14,424 nt of DNA. Source: a bacterium. GTDB lineage: Bacteria; Eisenbacteria; RBG-16-71-46. Both the position numbers and the translations under genes were made by a program. Below the pieces are notes generated by a model, which saw only the letters and a list, made by a program, of their open reading frames with translations, did no database searches and was not told the origin of the DNA. The DNA lies in assembly GCA_043779265.1 (NCBI GenBank), contig JAYWEM010000018.1, positions 1 to 14,424 on the forward strand, in the 5' to 3' direction. Of the stretch, positions 1-7,408 are shown piece after piece. Position 1 is the first letter of the stretch. The number at the start of each line of letters is the position of its first letter.

Positions 1-19
1 TGACCTCGTAGCGTCGCAT
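1..19 (-). CDS. First codons (MRRYEV) of putative IS5-family transposase, partial
   Basis: ATG CGA CGC TAC GAG GTC on the minus strand, preceded by GGGGGA. Only 6 codons are visible. Confidence 0.55.
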
Positions 20-97
20 CCGTTCGGTCCCCCCAACCCCGCCATCCTTGGCGAGTTGGCAGCATCGTACGGCTTGCGACTGTTCTCAGACAGAGCC
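1..97 (-). mobile_element. Left end of an IS5-family-like insertion sequence (runs off the window)
   Basis: Minus strand from 97 reads GGCTCTGTCTGAGAACAG, resembling IS5-family terminal inverted repeats, flanked by TAA (98-100). Inside is a G-rich RBS and ATG at 19 giving MRRYEV..., like the MRRYELTDxQW start of IS5 transposases. The boundary coincides with the truncation of the neighbouring gene. Confidence 0.65.
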
Positions 98-100
98 TAA

Positions 101-328
101 TGCCCGGATTGTCGCGGGGTGTGGCTCGATCGCGGAGAGCTCGACAAGATCATCGAACGCACGGCGCCGGAGGGCGTGGCCAACGCGAGCCCGAGGCCAC
201 CTCAGCGTGATCACGATGCGAATGATCGACGTGACGGCGAATTCCGCGACGACGACGACGACCGCTACCGCCATGGGAAGAAGAAGAAGAAGGGCGGATT
301 CCTGGGCGAGATCTTCGACTTCGACTGG
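101..328 (+). pseudogene. 5'-truncated zinc-ribbon (zf-TFIIB-like) small protein
   Basis: Reads CPDCRGVWLDRGELDKIIER...DDDDRYRHGKKKKKGGFLGEIFDFD, the typical C-terminal two-thirds of this family. The first CxxC and start codon are missing and an in-frame TAA lies at 98-100. TGG stands at 326-328 where the family usually stops, so the frame runs on to 457. Confidence 0.75.
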
Positions 329-386
329 AACCGCTCGGGCCGAGCGCTCCGGCGTCAGCCCGCGAGGATACTCCGATTGACACGCA

Positions 387-433
387 AGGCCCCCTGGGTC
401 GCGTCCCGCGCGACTCAGGGGGCCTCTCGTTTC
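387..433. terminator. Intrinsic terminator-like hairpin between convergent units
   Basis: 17-bp stem AGGCCCCCTGGGTCGCG (387-403) / CGCGACTCAGGGGGCCT (409-425) with one G-U pair and a 5-nt loop. Followed by CTCGTTT on + and TGCGTGT on -. Confidence 0.75.
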
Positions 434-502
434 CCGGTCCTTGCAGTCCTCGAGTGACGGCGTTCCCTGCCGCCACGGCGGAGACTCACGCGTAGCCCGG
501 GG

Positions 503-559
503 TCAGCGCCGGATCCACCACAGGAGATCCAGCAGGACCATCACTAAACCGACGTCCAC
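503..559 (-). CDS. Candidate 18-aa hydrophobic peptide MDVGLVMVLLDLLWWIRR
   Basis: GGGAGG (570-565) lies 5 nt before GTG at 559, with TGA at 505-503. Hydrophobic core followed by WW and a basic C-terminus. Too short for the ORF track. Confidence 0.5.
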   Translation of the reverse strand: MDVGLVMVLLDLLWWIRR

Positions 560-670
560 GGATTCCTCCCTATTGAGAGGGGCCCGCTTCGGCAGCGCGG
601 GGTCAACCGGACGGATTGTCGGCCGCCCGTGGGTTGGCTGCGCGGGCGGGGAAGCCGGCATGTTGTCGGC

Positions 671-3139
671 TCACCCCTTCATCTCGGCAGGTGGGGCCGC
701 GGACTTGAGTGCTGCATGACCTCCCGTGCGGAACGCGGGTCGTGACAACTGTTTGAGGACCACGACCGTGAGGTCGTCGAGCGGCTCGTCGGCATGCGCG
801 CGCACCGCCCGGAGCAGCGCCTCCAGGATGTCCCCGGCCCTGCGATGCCCGTGCCTGGCGAGCACGGCGCCGATCCCCTCGGTGCCGAACTGCTCGCCCT
901 CGCGCATCGCCTCGGTGAGTCCATCGGTGTAGAGCAGCACCACGTCGCCCGCCGCGAGTTCGAGGGTCGACGTCTCATAGCTGGCATCAGGCGAGACCCC
1001 GAGCAGGATCCCGCTCTCGGCGTGCTCCTCCAGTGTGCGGGCGGCGCGCCACACGATCGGCGGCGTCAGGCCGCCGTTGGCGAAACGCACGGTCGCGGTC
1101 GCGGCGTCGACTCGCGCGCACAGGAGTCCCATGAACTTGTCGGGCTGCTGAAGGGCGACGAGGTCGCGATTGAGTACTTCGAGCAGTTCGCCCGGATGGC
1201 GCGTGCGCGTGGCCTCATCGCGGAAGCGCGCCTGCACGCCGGCCATGACGAGCGCCGCCGCGACGCCGTGGCCCGCGGCATCGCCGACGGCGAGCACGAA
1301 CTCGCGTGGTCCGGTCTCGATCACATCGTAGTAGTCGCCACCGACCGCCTCGCTCGAGAGCGTCACGGCGGCGCAGTCGAGCGTCGGCAGCACGGGCAGT
1401 CGGCGCGGCAGACGATGCATCTGCACCACGTGCGCCTCGGCCAGTTCACGCTCGAAGGTTCCTCGATGCGTGCGCTCGCGGCGGAGTTCGATGTGCTCGA
1501 GTCCGACCGAGAGGCGATCGGCCAGCTGCCGCAGGTCGCGCACCTCGTGCACATCGATCCAGCCGCCGGTCAGCCGCCTCCCCAGGAGGATCACGGCCGC
1601 GTGAGGACCACCTGCCACCGGCACGAGCCAATGGACATTCGAACCTTCGAGCGCGTCGCGGTCCTCGTGCGCCAGATCGAGGTCGGCGAGCGCGATGGGG
1701 CCACTCGCGCGCTTCAGCGCATCGGCGAAGCCGGCCCCGAGCACCGGTGCTCGCCTCATTCCCGCGTGCGCCACCGCCTGTGTCGGGCCGAGCCGGAGCG
1801 CCGAGACCCCGTCGAGTCGCAGTGAAGTCATGATCGCCTCGCACGCCTCTTCCATCGCGAGTCGCGGATCGGCGCCGCGAGCGGCCTCGGGACTCGGCGC
1901 CCAGCCACTCAGGGCATGTTCGCCCGCGATCGGCACCATGCGCTCGCCGACCTGGCTGAGCCATGGCCGGGCGGGGCCCGCCAACGAGGCGACCAGCACG
2001 AGGAACGCGAGCGATGCCCCGGCGACTCCCTGACTCGCGCCGGGCAGCAGCGTCGGCGCCAGCGTCTCGCCCGCGATCGCGATGGCGAAGGCGAGTGCCC
2101 CTGCGATGGCGAGCGCCAACCCGGCCCGCAGCGCCACGCGGAAGTCGAAGACGCGGTGGACCGCGATCGCCCACGCGAACGAAGCGGGCATGAGCAGCGT
2201 GGCGACCACGGCCATGCGCTCGCCCGGCAACTGATCGTCGGTCGACAGGTTGCGAAGCGCGACCAGTACCGCGAACGGTGCGGCGCCGAGCAGCGTCCCG
2301 AGGAAGGCCACCCGCAGACGCCGCCTCGCATCGGCGCTCTTCGCACGCGCCAGGGCTCCCGCGAACAGCACGAGGCCGCCGAGGAAACCTGCGGCGAGCG
2401 TGAGTCCGGCCGCCGCGCTCAGCCACGGCCTCGCGACCAGCGCCAACTGCCCGGCACCGAACTCGTCCTCGAACAGCACGACGCCCCACGCGAGAAGCGA
2501 CAGTGCGCCCGCCGCATAGCAGGCTCGCACCCACACGCGAGCGCGTGGCCTGTCACCGGGCTCGGGGAACAGCGCGAAGAAATGCGAGAACAGCGCGGGG
2601 ATGAAGAGCTGGACGACGAGCAGCGAGAGTTGGTGCAGCGCTGCGGCAGCGCCGGTCAGCCGGGGCGGCGGCGCGAGCCATCCGGCGAAGCACAGGCTGA
2701 GCAGGAAGAACACGGCGGTCAGTCGGTCGCGACGCTCGCTCCACACCCAGCCACCCAGCAGGAGGAAGCCGCAGGCCACGGCGTACAGGAGGGACTTGAA
2801 GCGGCGTTCCTCGACCGGCAGCGGTTCGGGCGCGATCCAGACTTGCGAGCGCTCGGCCAGTCGCTCGCGCTCGAGCACCAGGGGCCGGCCAGGCGTGGCC
2901 ATGGCGAGCGGGCCCATCGAGAGCAGCCGGGTCCGCTCACCCGGGCGGTGCAGCAGGTCTCCGGGGCGCAGTCCGGCACGGGCCCCGGGGCTACCGGGCT
3001 CGATGGTGACGATTCGATCTCCCTGCAGCGTCAGGCCGGTCCAGCCGTGACGAGGCAGGCTCAGAGCCGAAAGCAGGAGTGCCGCCGTGGCGGGGACCAG
3101 AAGCCACGAGAGCGCTCGCATCTCACCGGGACGGCCCAT
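671..3139 (-). CDS. Membrane-bound PDZ + multi-TM + GAF-like + SpoIIE/RsbU-family PP2C serine phosphatase, 822 aa
   Basis: N-terminal hydrophobic segment, PDZ signature ([18 protein letters not shown]) and several TM helices. PP2C motifs [23 protein letters not shown] and DDLTVV are intact. SD GGAGGA precedes ATG 3139. Confidence 0.92.
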   Translation of the reverse strand: MGRPGEMRALSWLLVPATAALLLSALSLPRHGWTGLTLQGDRIVTIEPGSPGARAGLRPGDLLHRPGERTRLLSMGPLAMATPGRPLVLERERLAERSQVWIAPEPLPVEERRFKSLLYAVACGFLLLGGWVWSERRDRLTAVFFLLSLCFAGWLAPPPRLTGAAAALHQLSLLVVQLFIPALFSHFFALFPEPGDRPRARVWVRACYAAGALSLLAWGVVLFEDEFGAGQLALVARPWLSAAAGLTLAAGFLGGLVLFAGALARAKSADARRRLRVAFLGTLLGAAPFAVLVALRNLSTDDQLPGERMAVVATLLMPASFAWAIAVHRVFDFRVALRAGLALAIAGALAFAIAIAGETLAPTLLPGASQGVAGASLAFLVLVASLAGPARPWLSQVGERMVPIAGEHALSGWAPSPEAARGADPRLAMEEACEAIMTSLRLDGVSALRLGPTQAVAHAGMRRAPVLGAGFADALKRASGPIALADLDLAHEDRDALEGSNVHWLVPVAGGPHAAVILLGRRLTGGWIDVHEVRDLRQLADRLSVGLEHIELRRERTHRGTFERELAEAHVVQMHRLPRRLPVLPTLDCAAVTLSSEAVGGDYYDVIETGPREFVLAVGDAAGHGVAAALVMAGVQARFRDEATRTRHPGELLEVLNRDLVALQQPDKFMGLLCARVDAATATVRFANGGLTPPIVWRAARTLEEHAESGILLGVSPDASYETSTLELAAGDVVLLYTDGLTEAMREGEQFGTEGIGAVLARHGHRRAGDILEALLRAVRAHADEPLDDLTVVVLKQLSRPAFRTGGHAALKSAAPPAEMKG
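681..708 (-). promoter_or_regulatory. sigma28 (FliA/SigD/WhiG)-type promoter inside the 3' end of the phosphatase gene
   Basis: TCAAGTCC-N12-GCCGAGAT (TCAA-N16-GCCGAGAT). Same -35 octamer and spacing as the csrA promoter. Confidence 0.65.
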
Positions 3140-3169
3140 CGATCCTCCTCCCGCAGGAGAACGAGCAGC

Positions 3170-3198
3170 AGACTGGCAGCCGACCGCGCGAGGGTCAA
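3170..3198 (-). promoter_or_regulatory. Possible sigma70 promoter for the phosphatase gene
   Basis: TTGACC (3198-3193), 17-nt spacer, TGc-CAGTCT (3175-3170). The -10 is imperfect. Confidence 0.4.
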
Positions 3199-3245
3199 GC
3201 CCCAGTCCCCTCTTGGCCTCCGGGCACGCCCCCGGCTATTCTCCG

Positions 3246-3273
3246 TCAAGTCCTCTCGTGCATTGGCCGATAT
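3246..3273 (+). promoter_or_regulatory. sigma28-type promoter of csrA-flgM
   Basis: TCAA-N16-GCCGATAT, a near-consensus SigD/FliA promoter, 65 nt upstream of csrA. Confidence 0.85.
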
Positions 3274-3281
3274 GCACATCA

Positions 3282-3327
3282 CATGGATGCGGTGCTGCAT
3301 GGCTACTCTTGCTTCAGGGAGCGGAGG
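3282..3327 (+). promoter_or_regulatory. Putative CsrA-binding sites in the csrA leader
   Basis: CATGGATG (3282-3289) matches CANGGAUG. CAGGGA (3315-3320) abuts the SD GGAGG (3323-3327). Confidence 0.55.
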
Positions 3328-3338
3328 TCAGACCCACG

Positions 3339-3566
3339 ATGCTGGTCCTGACAAGGAAGTTGGGCGAGAACATCCGGATCGGAGACTCGGTGAAGATCAC
3401 CGTGTTGGAAGTCCGTTCGGGCCAGGTCAAACTGGGCATCGACGCTCCACCGGACGTGAAGGTGCACCGCGAGGAGATCTACGCGCGCATCCAGGAGGAG
3501 AATCGGCGAAGTGCCGCGGGCGGCAAGCCCCCGTCACCGCCGGATGCCTCCGCGGGTAAGCGCTGA
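3339..3566 (+). CDS. csrA: Carbon storage regulator CsrA, 75 aa
   Basis: [48 protein letters not shown] is the canonical CsrA sequence. Start at ATG 3339 after GGAGG. Confidence 0.97.
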   Translation: MLVLTRKLGENIRIGDSVKITVLEVRSGQVKLGIDAPPDVKVHREEIYARIQEENRRSAAGGKPPSPPDASAGKR

Positions 3567-3609
3567 CCGCACGGAGGTGGCGAGCCACCACCGGCGATCG
3601 CGAGGAGAC

Positions 3610-3816
3610 ATGCCGAGCCCAAGTCGCCGGAGCAACTCGAAGGGGAACCCGGATGCGAGCGTACCCGAGGTGAAGCCCGTTTCCGCGCAGGCGAAGATCC
3701 TCAACCTGTCCAAGATCGACGCCGTCCGCCGTCGCATCGCGAACGGCTACTACGATCGGGACGAGGTGCGCGACCGTCTCGCCCATGCCGTGCTCGAGGA
3801 GCTGCGCGAGGACTGA
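3610..3816 (+). CDS. flgM: FlgM-like anti-sigma28 factor, 68 aa
   Basis: Disordered N-terminus, then KIDAVRRRIANGYY-x(6)-DRLAHAVL, matching the FlgM C-terminal pattern (KVxxxKxxIxxGxY...IAxxLL). SD GAGGAG. Lies downstream of a sigma28 promoter. Confidence 0.75.
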   Translation: MPSPSRRSNSKGNPDASVPEVKPVSAQAKILNLSKIDAVRRRIANGYYDRDEVRDRLAHAVLEELRED

Positions 3817-3894
3817 GTGGAATCGGCGGCTACCCGCCTTCCCCCCGGACGTGCATAATGCTCTCGACTCGCGATGGACCGCGAGGACAAGCCC

Positions 3895-5097
3895 ATGCCC
3901 ACACGCCCCGCGCGCCGAGAAGGCGCATCCCCGCTCGCTGAGCTGGTCGACGCGCTCATGGAGGACGCGGCGACGGCTGTCCTCATCGTGGCGTCCGATG
4001 GCTCGCTCATCCGCCACAATGACGCGGCCCCCCGACTGTTCGGACTCTCGACCGCTGCGATGTCGCGCGCGACCGGGAGTGATCTGCTGCGGACGGTGGT
4101 GGCGGGCGAGGACCTGTTGGGCGATGCGCAGCGCGCCGTCCGCACCGAACGCGAGGCCGTGCTGGCGACTGCCAAGGCGGGCGACATCCCGGTGCGGGTG
4201 CGCAGCCACCGGCTGGGCGACCCGCCGATCGTGCTCGTCACCATCGAGGACATGACCCAGACGAGACGGACGCAGCAGGACCTGCGTCGGCATGAGCGGC
4301 TCGCCACGCTGGGCCAACTCTCGGCGGGTGTGGCGCACGAGATCCGCAATCCGCTCGCGGGCATCGGCACCAGTGCCCAGGTGCTGCTCCGACGATTCGA
4401 GGCCGGCGACGAGCGCGCCCGCTTCGTGCAGGTGATCCTCGATGAGGTGGCGCGGCTCGACCGCATCGTCTCGAGCCTGTTGCAGTACGCGCGGCCGCGC
4501 ACACCCGAACTGCGCCCCTCCTTGCTCGCGGACTGCGTGCAGCGCGTCGTCGCGCTCTCAGCCGAGATGACCATCAAGGCCGAGGTGCAGGTCGAGGTGG
4601 TCGCGGCGCCCAAGCTGGCGCACCTGTGGATCGACCCCGATCTGGTCCAGCAGGTCCTGCTCAACACCACGCTGAATGCCGTGCAGGCGATGCCCGAAGG
4701 TGGGACCCTGCGGATCGAAGTGCGCAAGGTGCGTCACAAGCGACCGCCGCGCGGCCCCGGGAGGCGAGCCGAGGATCTCTCGGGCGAGCGAGCGCGCGAC
4801 GAATCGGGATGGATCGAGTACCAGCAGATCCGCATCAGCGACACCGGCGTCGGCATCCCCAAGGGGGTGCTCGCCAAACTGTTCGATCCCTTCTTCACGA
4901 CCAAGGCCACGGGCACCGGGCTCGGGCTCAGCATCTCGCAGACCATCATGCAGGAGCACGGCGGTTCGATCGCCGTGGACAGCCGTGAGGGACGCGGGAC
5001 CACGGTGCTCATCGACTTCCCATTGGAGAAACGCCATGGATCGAGGCGACAGCGTGACACGAGCGGGGACGGCGCAGAGTCTGCTCATCGTCGATGA
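3895..5097 (+). CDS. Cytoplasmic PAS-domain histidine kinase (NtrB/FlrB/FleS-like), about 400 aa
   Basis: PAS-like N-terminus, H box AHEIRNPL, N box NAVQAM, DTGVGI, FDPFFTTK and GTGLGL. Start at 3895 (SD GAGGA) or 3874. Confidence 0.93.
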   Translation: MPTRPARREGASPLAELVDALMEDAATAVLIVASDGSLIRHNDAAPRLFGLSTAAMSRATGSDLLRTVVAGEDLLGDAQRAVRTEREAVLATAKAGDIPVRVRSHRLGDPPIVLVTIEDMTQTRRTQQDLRRHERLATLGQLSAGVAHEIRNPLAGIGTSAQVLLRRFEAGDERARFVQVILDEVARLDRIVSSLLQYARPRTPELRPSLLADCVQRVVALSAEMTIKAEVQVEVVAAPKLAHLWIDPDLVQQVLLNTTLNAVQAMPEGGTLRIEVRKVRHKRPPRGPGRRAEDLSGERARDESGWIEYQQIRISDTGVGIPKGVLAKLFDPFFTTKATGTGLGLSISQTIMQEHGGSIAVDSREGRGTTVLIDFPLEKRHGSRRQRDTSGDGAESAHRR

Positions 5098-6460
5098 CGA
5101 GCGCACGCTGCGCTTCTCGATCGGCGAATGGGCACGCGATCAGGGCTTCACACCCATCGAGGCCTCCACGGGTCGCGAGGCGCTCGAGGCGATGCGCGAG
5201 CAGAGCGTCGATGCGGTGCTGCTCGACCTGCGCCTTGGCGACGAGGACGGCATCAAGCTGCTGAAGCACCTGCGGGAGATCGACCCGACCGTGCCGGTCG
5301 TGATGCTCACCGGCCACGGCACCGTCGAGCACGCGGTGCGCGCCATCAAGATGGGCGCCTATGACTTCATGCTGAAGCCGCCGGACCTCGATCACCTGGC
5401 GGTGGTCCTCGAGCGCGCCATCGAGCATGGGCGGTTGAAGCAGGAGGTCTCCCACCTGCGGCAGCGCACCGCCCAGTCCCAGACGATCATCGGTGCCAGC
5501 GCGAGCCTGGCGCGCGTGTTGCAGCGCCTGGAGCGCGCAGCGCAGGCGCCGACCGCCACCGTGCTGATCCACGGCGAAACGGGGGCGGGCAAGGAGTTGA
5601 TGGCGCGCTATCTGCATGACCACTCCGCGCGCGCCGAGGGCCCGTTCGTCGAGCTGAACTGCTCGGCGATCCCGGAGTCGCTGCTCGAGAGCGAGCTCTA
5701 CGGTCACGAACGCGGCGCTTTCACGGACGCCAAGCGATTCAAGAAGGGTCTGTTCGAAGTCGCGGACGGCGGGACGTTGTTCCTCGATGAGATCGGGGAG
5801 ATGGCGCCTGCGCTGCAGGCCAAGCTCCTGCGCGTGCTCGAGACGCGGACGTTCCGCCGCGTCGGTGGACATGCCGACATCACCGTCGATGTCCGCGTGG
5901 TGGCGGCGACCCACCGGAACCTGCCGAAGATGGTGAGCGATGGCGGCTTTCGTGAGGATCTCTACTTCCGTCTCAATGTCGTCCCGATCGAGGTGCCGCC
6001 CTTGCGCGAGCGTCTCGATGACATCCCGGTGCTCGCTGAGCACTTCGTGCAGAAGCTGGCACGTGAACTGGGCCGCCCCGCCGTCCGGCTGACGCCCCAG
6101 GTGGTGGCCGCGCTGCAGAAGCACCGCTGGCCCGGCAACGTGCGTGAGCTGCGCAATGTGCTCGAGCGCGTCGTGCTGCTCGAGGCCGACGATGAGATCC
6201 TCGTCGAGCACCTGCCGCCCGAGTGGCTCGTCGGCTCGGCGAGCCCGCGTGCGGCTGCGGCGGGGGTCAGCTTCACGGGGCAGGAGGTGCGTCCGCTCGA
6301 GGAGATCGAACGCCTGGCCATCGAGCATGCACTCAGGCTCTGCGGCGGGAACAAGACCCGCGCCTCCGAGAAACTCGGGATCTCCCGCCAGACCCTGAGA
6401 ACGAAGCTCAAGGATCTCAAGCTGAGTGACGATGCAGAGGGGGAGTCGGACGAGGGCTGA
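5036..6460 (+). CDS. sigma54-dependent response regulator (REC-AAA+-Fis HTH; NtrC/FlrC/FleR family), 474 aa
   Basis: IVDD and LLDLRL receiver, Walker [39 protein letters not shown] and a C-terminal HTH. ATG 5036 follows GGAG and overlaps the kinase end by 62 nt. Confidence 0.96.
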   Translation: MDRGDSVTRAGTAQSLLIVDDERTLRFSIGEWARDQGFTPIEASTGREALEAMREQSVDAVLLDLRLGDEDGIKLLKHLREIDPTVPVVMLTGHGTVEHAVRAIKMGAYDFMLKPPDLDHLAVVLERAIEHGRLKQEVSHLRQRTAQSQTIIGASASLARVLQRLERAAQAPTATVLIHGETGAGKELMARYLHDHSARAEGPFVELNCSAIPESLLESELYGHERGAFTDAKRFKKGLFEVADGGTLFLDEIGEMAPALQAKLLRVLETRTFRRVGGHADITVDVRVVAATHRNLPKMVSDGGFREDLYFRLNVVPIEVPPLRERLDDIPVLAEHFVQKLARELGRPAVRLTPQVVAALQKHRWPGNVRELRNVLERVVLLEADDEILVEHLPPEWLVGSASPRAAAAGVSFTGQEVRPLEEIERLAIEHALRLCGGNKTRASEKLGISRQTLRTKLKDLKLSDDAEGESDEG

Positions 6461-6702
6461 CGCTGGCAGAAGTCGCACCACCCGGACCCCCGGGCTGGTG
6501 CAGGACTGAGCGGCCGGGCGCCTCGCGCCCGGCCGTCGGTGTGTCCGGGCAGCCCCCCCCTGAGGCGGCGCCCGAGGCCCGGGGCGATTGCCACGATGAC
6601 CGCCAAGTGATGATTCCCGAGTGACCTAACGCGCCAGACGCTTCGATTCGGAGCCGGTGGGCGGGTCCTCGAAGGCCCCCTCGACAGGGGCGGGTTCTGC
6701 CG

Positions 6703-6718
6703 TGGCATGCGGACTGCA
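6703..6718 (+). promoter_or_regulatory. sigma54 (-24/-12) promoter
   Basis: TGGCATGCGGACTGCA = GG-N10-GC with near-consensus flanks. It sits 19 nt before ATG 6738, at the end of a ~280-nt intergenic region with room for enhancer sites. Confidence 0.75.
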
Positions 6719-6737
6719 AGACAAGCAGGACGAACGC

Positions 6738-7172
6738 ATGACGCCGTCCTCCCCAGAGCCACCGGAGCCCACACCGATGCCGCATCTCCTGATCGTGGAA
6801 GACGAGGCGAGCACCTCGTGGGCACTGGCCGAGGGCCTCTCGGATGACGGCTATACGATCGACACCTTCCGCACCGCCGAGGAAGCGCAGCGCTGGCTGC
6901 GCCGCGGCACGAGCGACCTGATCATCTCCGACCTGCGGCTGCCCGGGATCTCGGGCCTCGAGTTCGCGCAGAAGCTCTCGCGCGGTCGTCACGCCCAGCC
7001 GGTCATCCTCGTCTCGGCCTACTCGCTCGATGGCCAGAGCGAGGAGCTGAACGCAGCCGGCATCGTGGATGTGTTCTCGAAGCCCTTCCAGATCGACGCG
7101 CTCCGCCGCTCGGTGCGCCGCGCGCTGCTCACCGCGACGCCGCGCCGGGTCCCGGCACGGAGGGCCGCGTGA
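6738..7172 (+). CDS. Single-domain response regulator (CheY-like receiver), 144 aa
   Basis: LLIVED, ISDLRLPGISG, VSAY and FSKPF all intact. ATG 6738 follows AGGA (alternative ATG at 6777). Confidence 0.92.
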   Translation: MTPSSPEPPEPTPMPHLLIVEDEASTSWALAEGLSDDGYTIDTFRTAEEAQRWLRRGTSDLIISDLRLPGISGLEFAQKLSRGRHAQPVILVSAYSLDGQSEELNAAGIVDVFSKPFQIDALRRSVRRALLTATPRRVPARRAA

Positions 7173-7408
7173 ACCGCCGTCTGCCGGATGCCGTTCGCGC
7201 ACTCCCCGAGGCGGTGCGTGCCTCGGCCGCGATCGAGACGCTGACGCCGCGCGAGCGCTCGGTCCTGGCACTCATGCTGATCGAGGGTCTCTCCCCGGTC
7301 GAAGTCGCCGGCGCGCTCGGTACGTCCGCCCGTCAGATCGAGCGTCTCTACAGCGCGGCGCTCGGTTCGGTCTCACGTGAGATGCACGGCGTCCGGAGGG
7401 CGGCATGA
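7169..7408 (+). CDS. Stand-alone sigma70 region-4 (HTH) protein, 79 aa
   Basis: IETLTPRERSVLALMLIEGLSPVEVAGALGTS aligns by eye with the FliA region 4 in this window (IDQLPEQERLVVALYYYEHMTLKEIGRTLGIS). GGAGG SD and GTGA coupling. Confidence 0.8.
   Translation: MNRRLPDAVRALPEAVRASAAIETLTPRERSVLALMLIEGLSPVEVAGALGTSARQIERLYSAALGSVSREMHGVRRAA

Larger units (their letters stand above)
380..675 (-). ncRNA. Candidate sigma28-dependent GGA-rich regulatory RNA (possible CsrA sponge, possibly dual-function)
   Basis: Bounded by a sigma28-type promoter (708-681) and the 387-425 hairpin. Ten GGA motifs on the minus strand between 404 and 569, two of them in hairpin loops. Ends are approximate. Confidence 0.4.

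Noticed and set aside
247..292. (GAC)n and (AAG)n repeats
   Set aside because: They encode the poly-Asp and poly-Lys tracts typical of this protein family.
503..559. Trp attenuator leader peptide (tandem WW followed by hairpins)
   Set aside because: No same-strand gene follows the hairpin. The downstream sequence is the antisense of the zinc-ribbon gene.
616..670. GCCGACAA copies as additional sigma28 -10 elements
   Set aside because: No TCAA/TAAA -35 at the right spacing.
794..3559. Long plus-strand ORFs 794-1825 and 1916-3559
   Set aside because: Antisense shadows of the GC-rich phosphatase gene, with no domain motifs.
5714..5731. GAFTDA instead of GAFTGA
   Set aside because: A common functional variant in sigma54 activators, not a sign of degeneration.
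6475..6501. GCACCA...TGGTGC inverted repeat as terminator or NtrC site
   Set aside because: No U-tract, and the half-site spacing is much longer than in an NtrC box. Function cannot be assigned.
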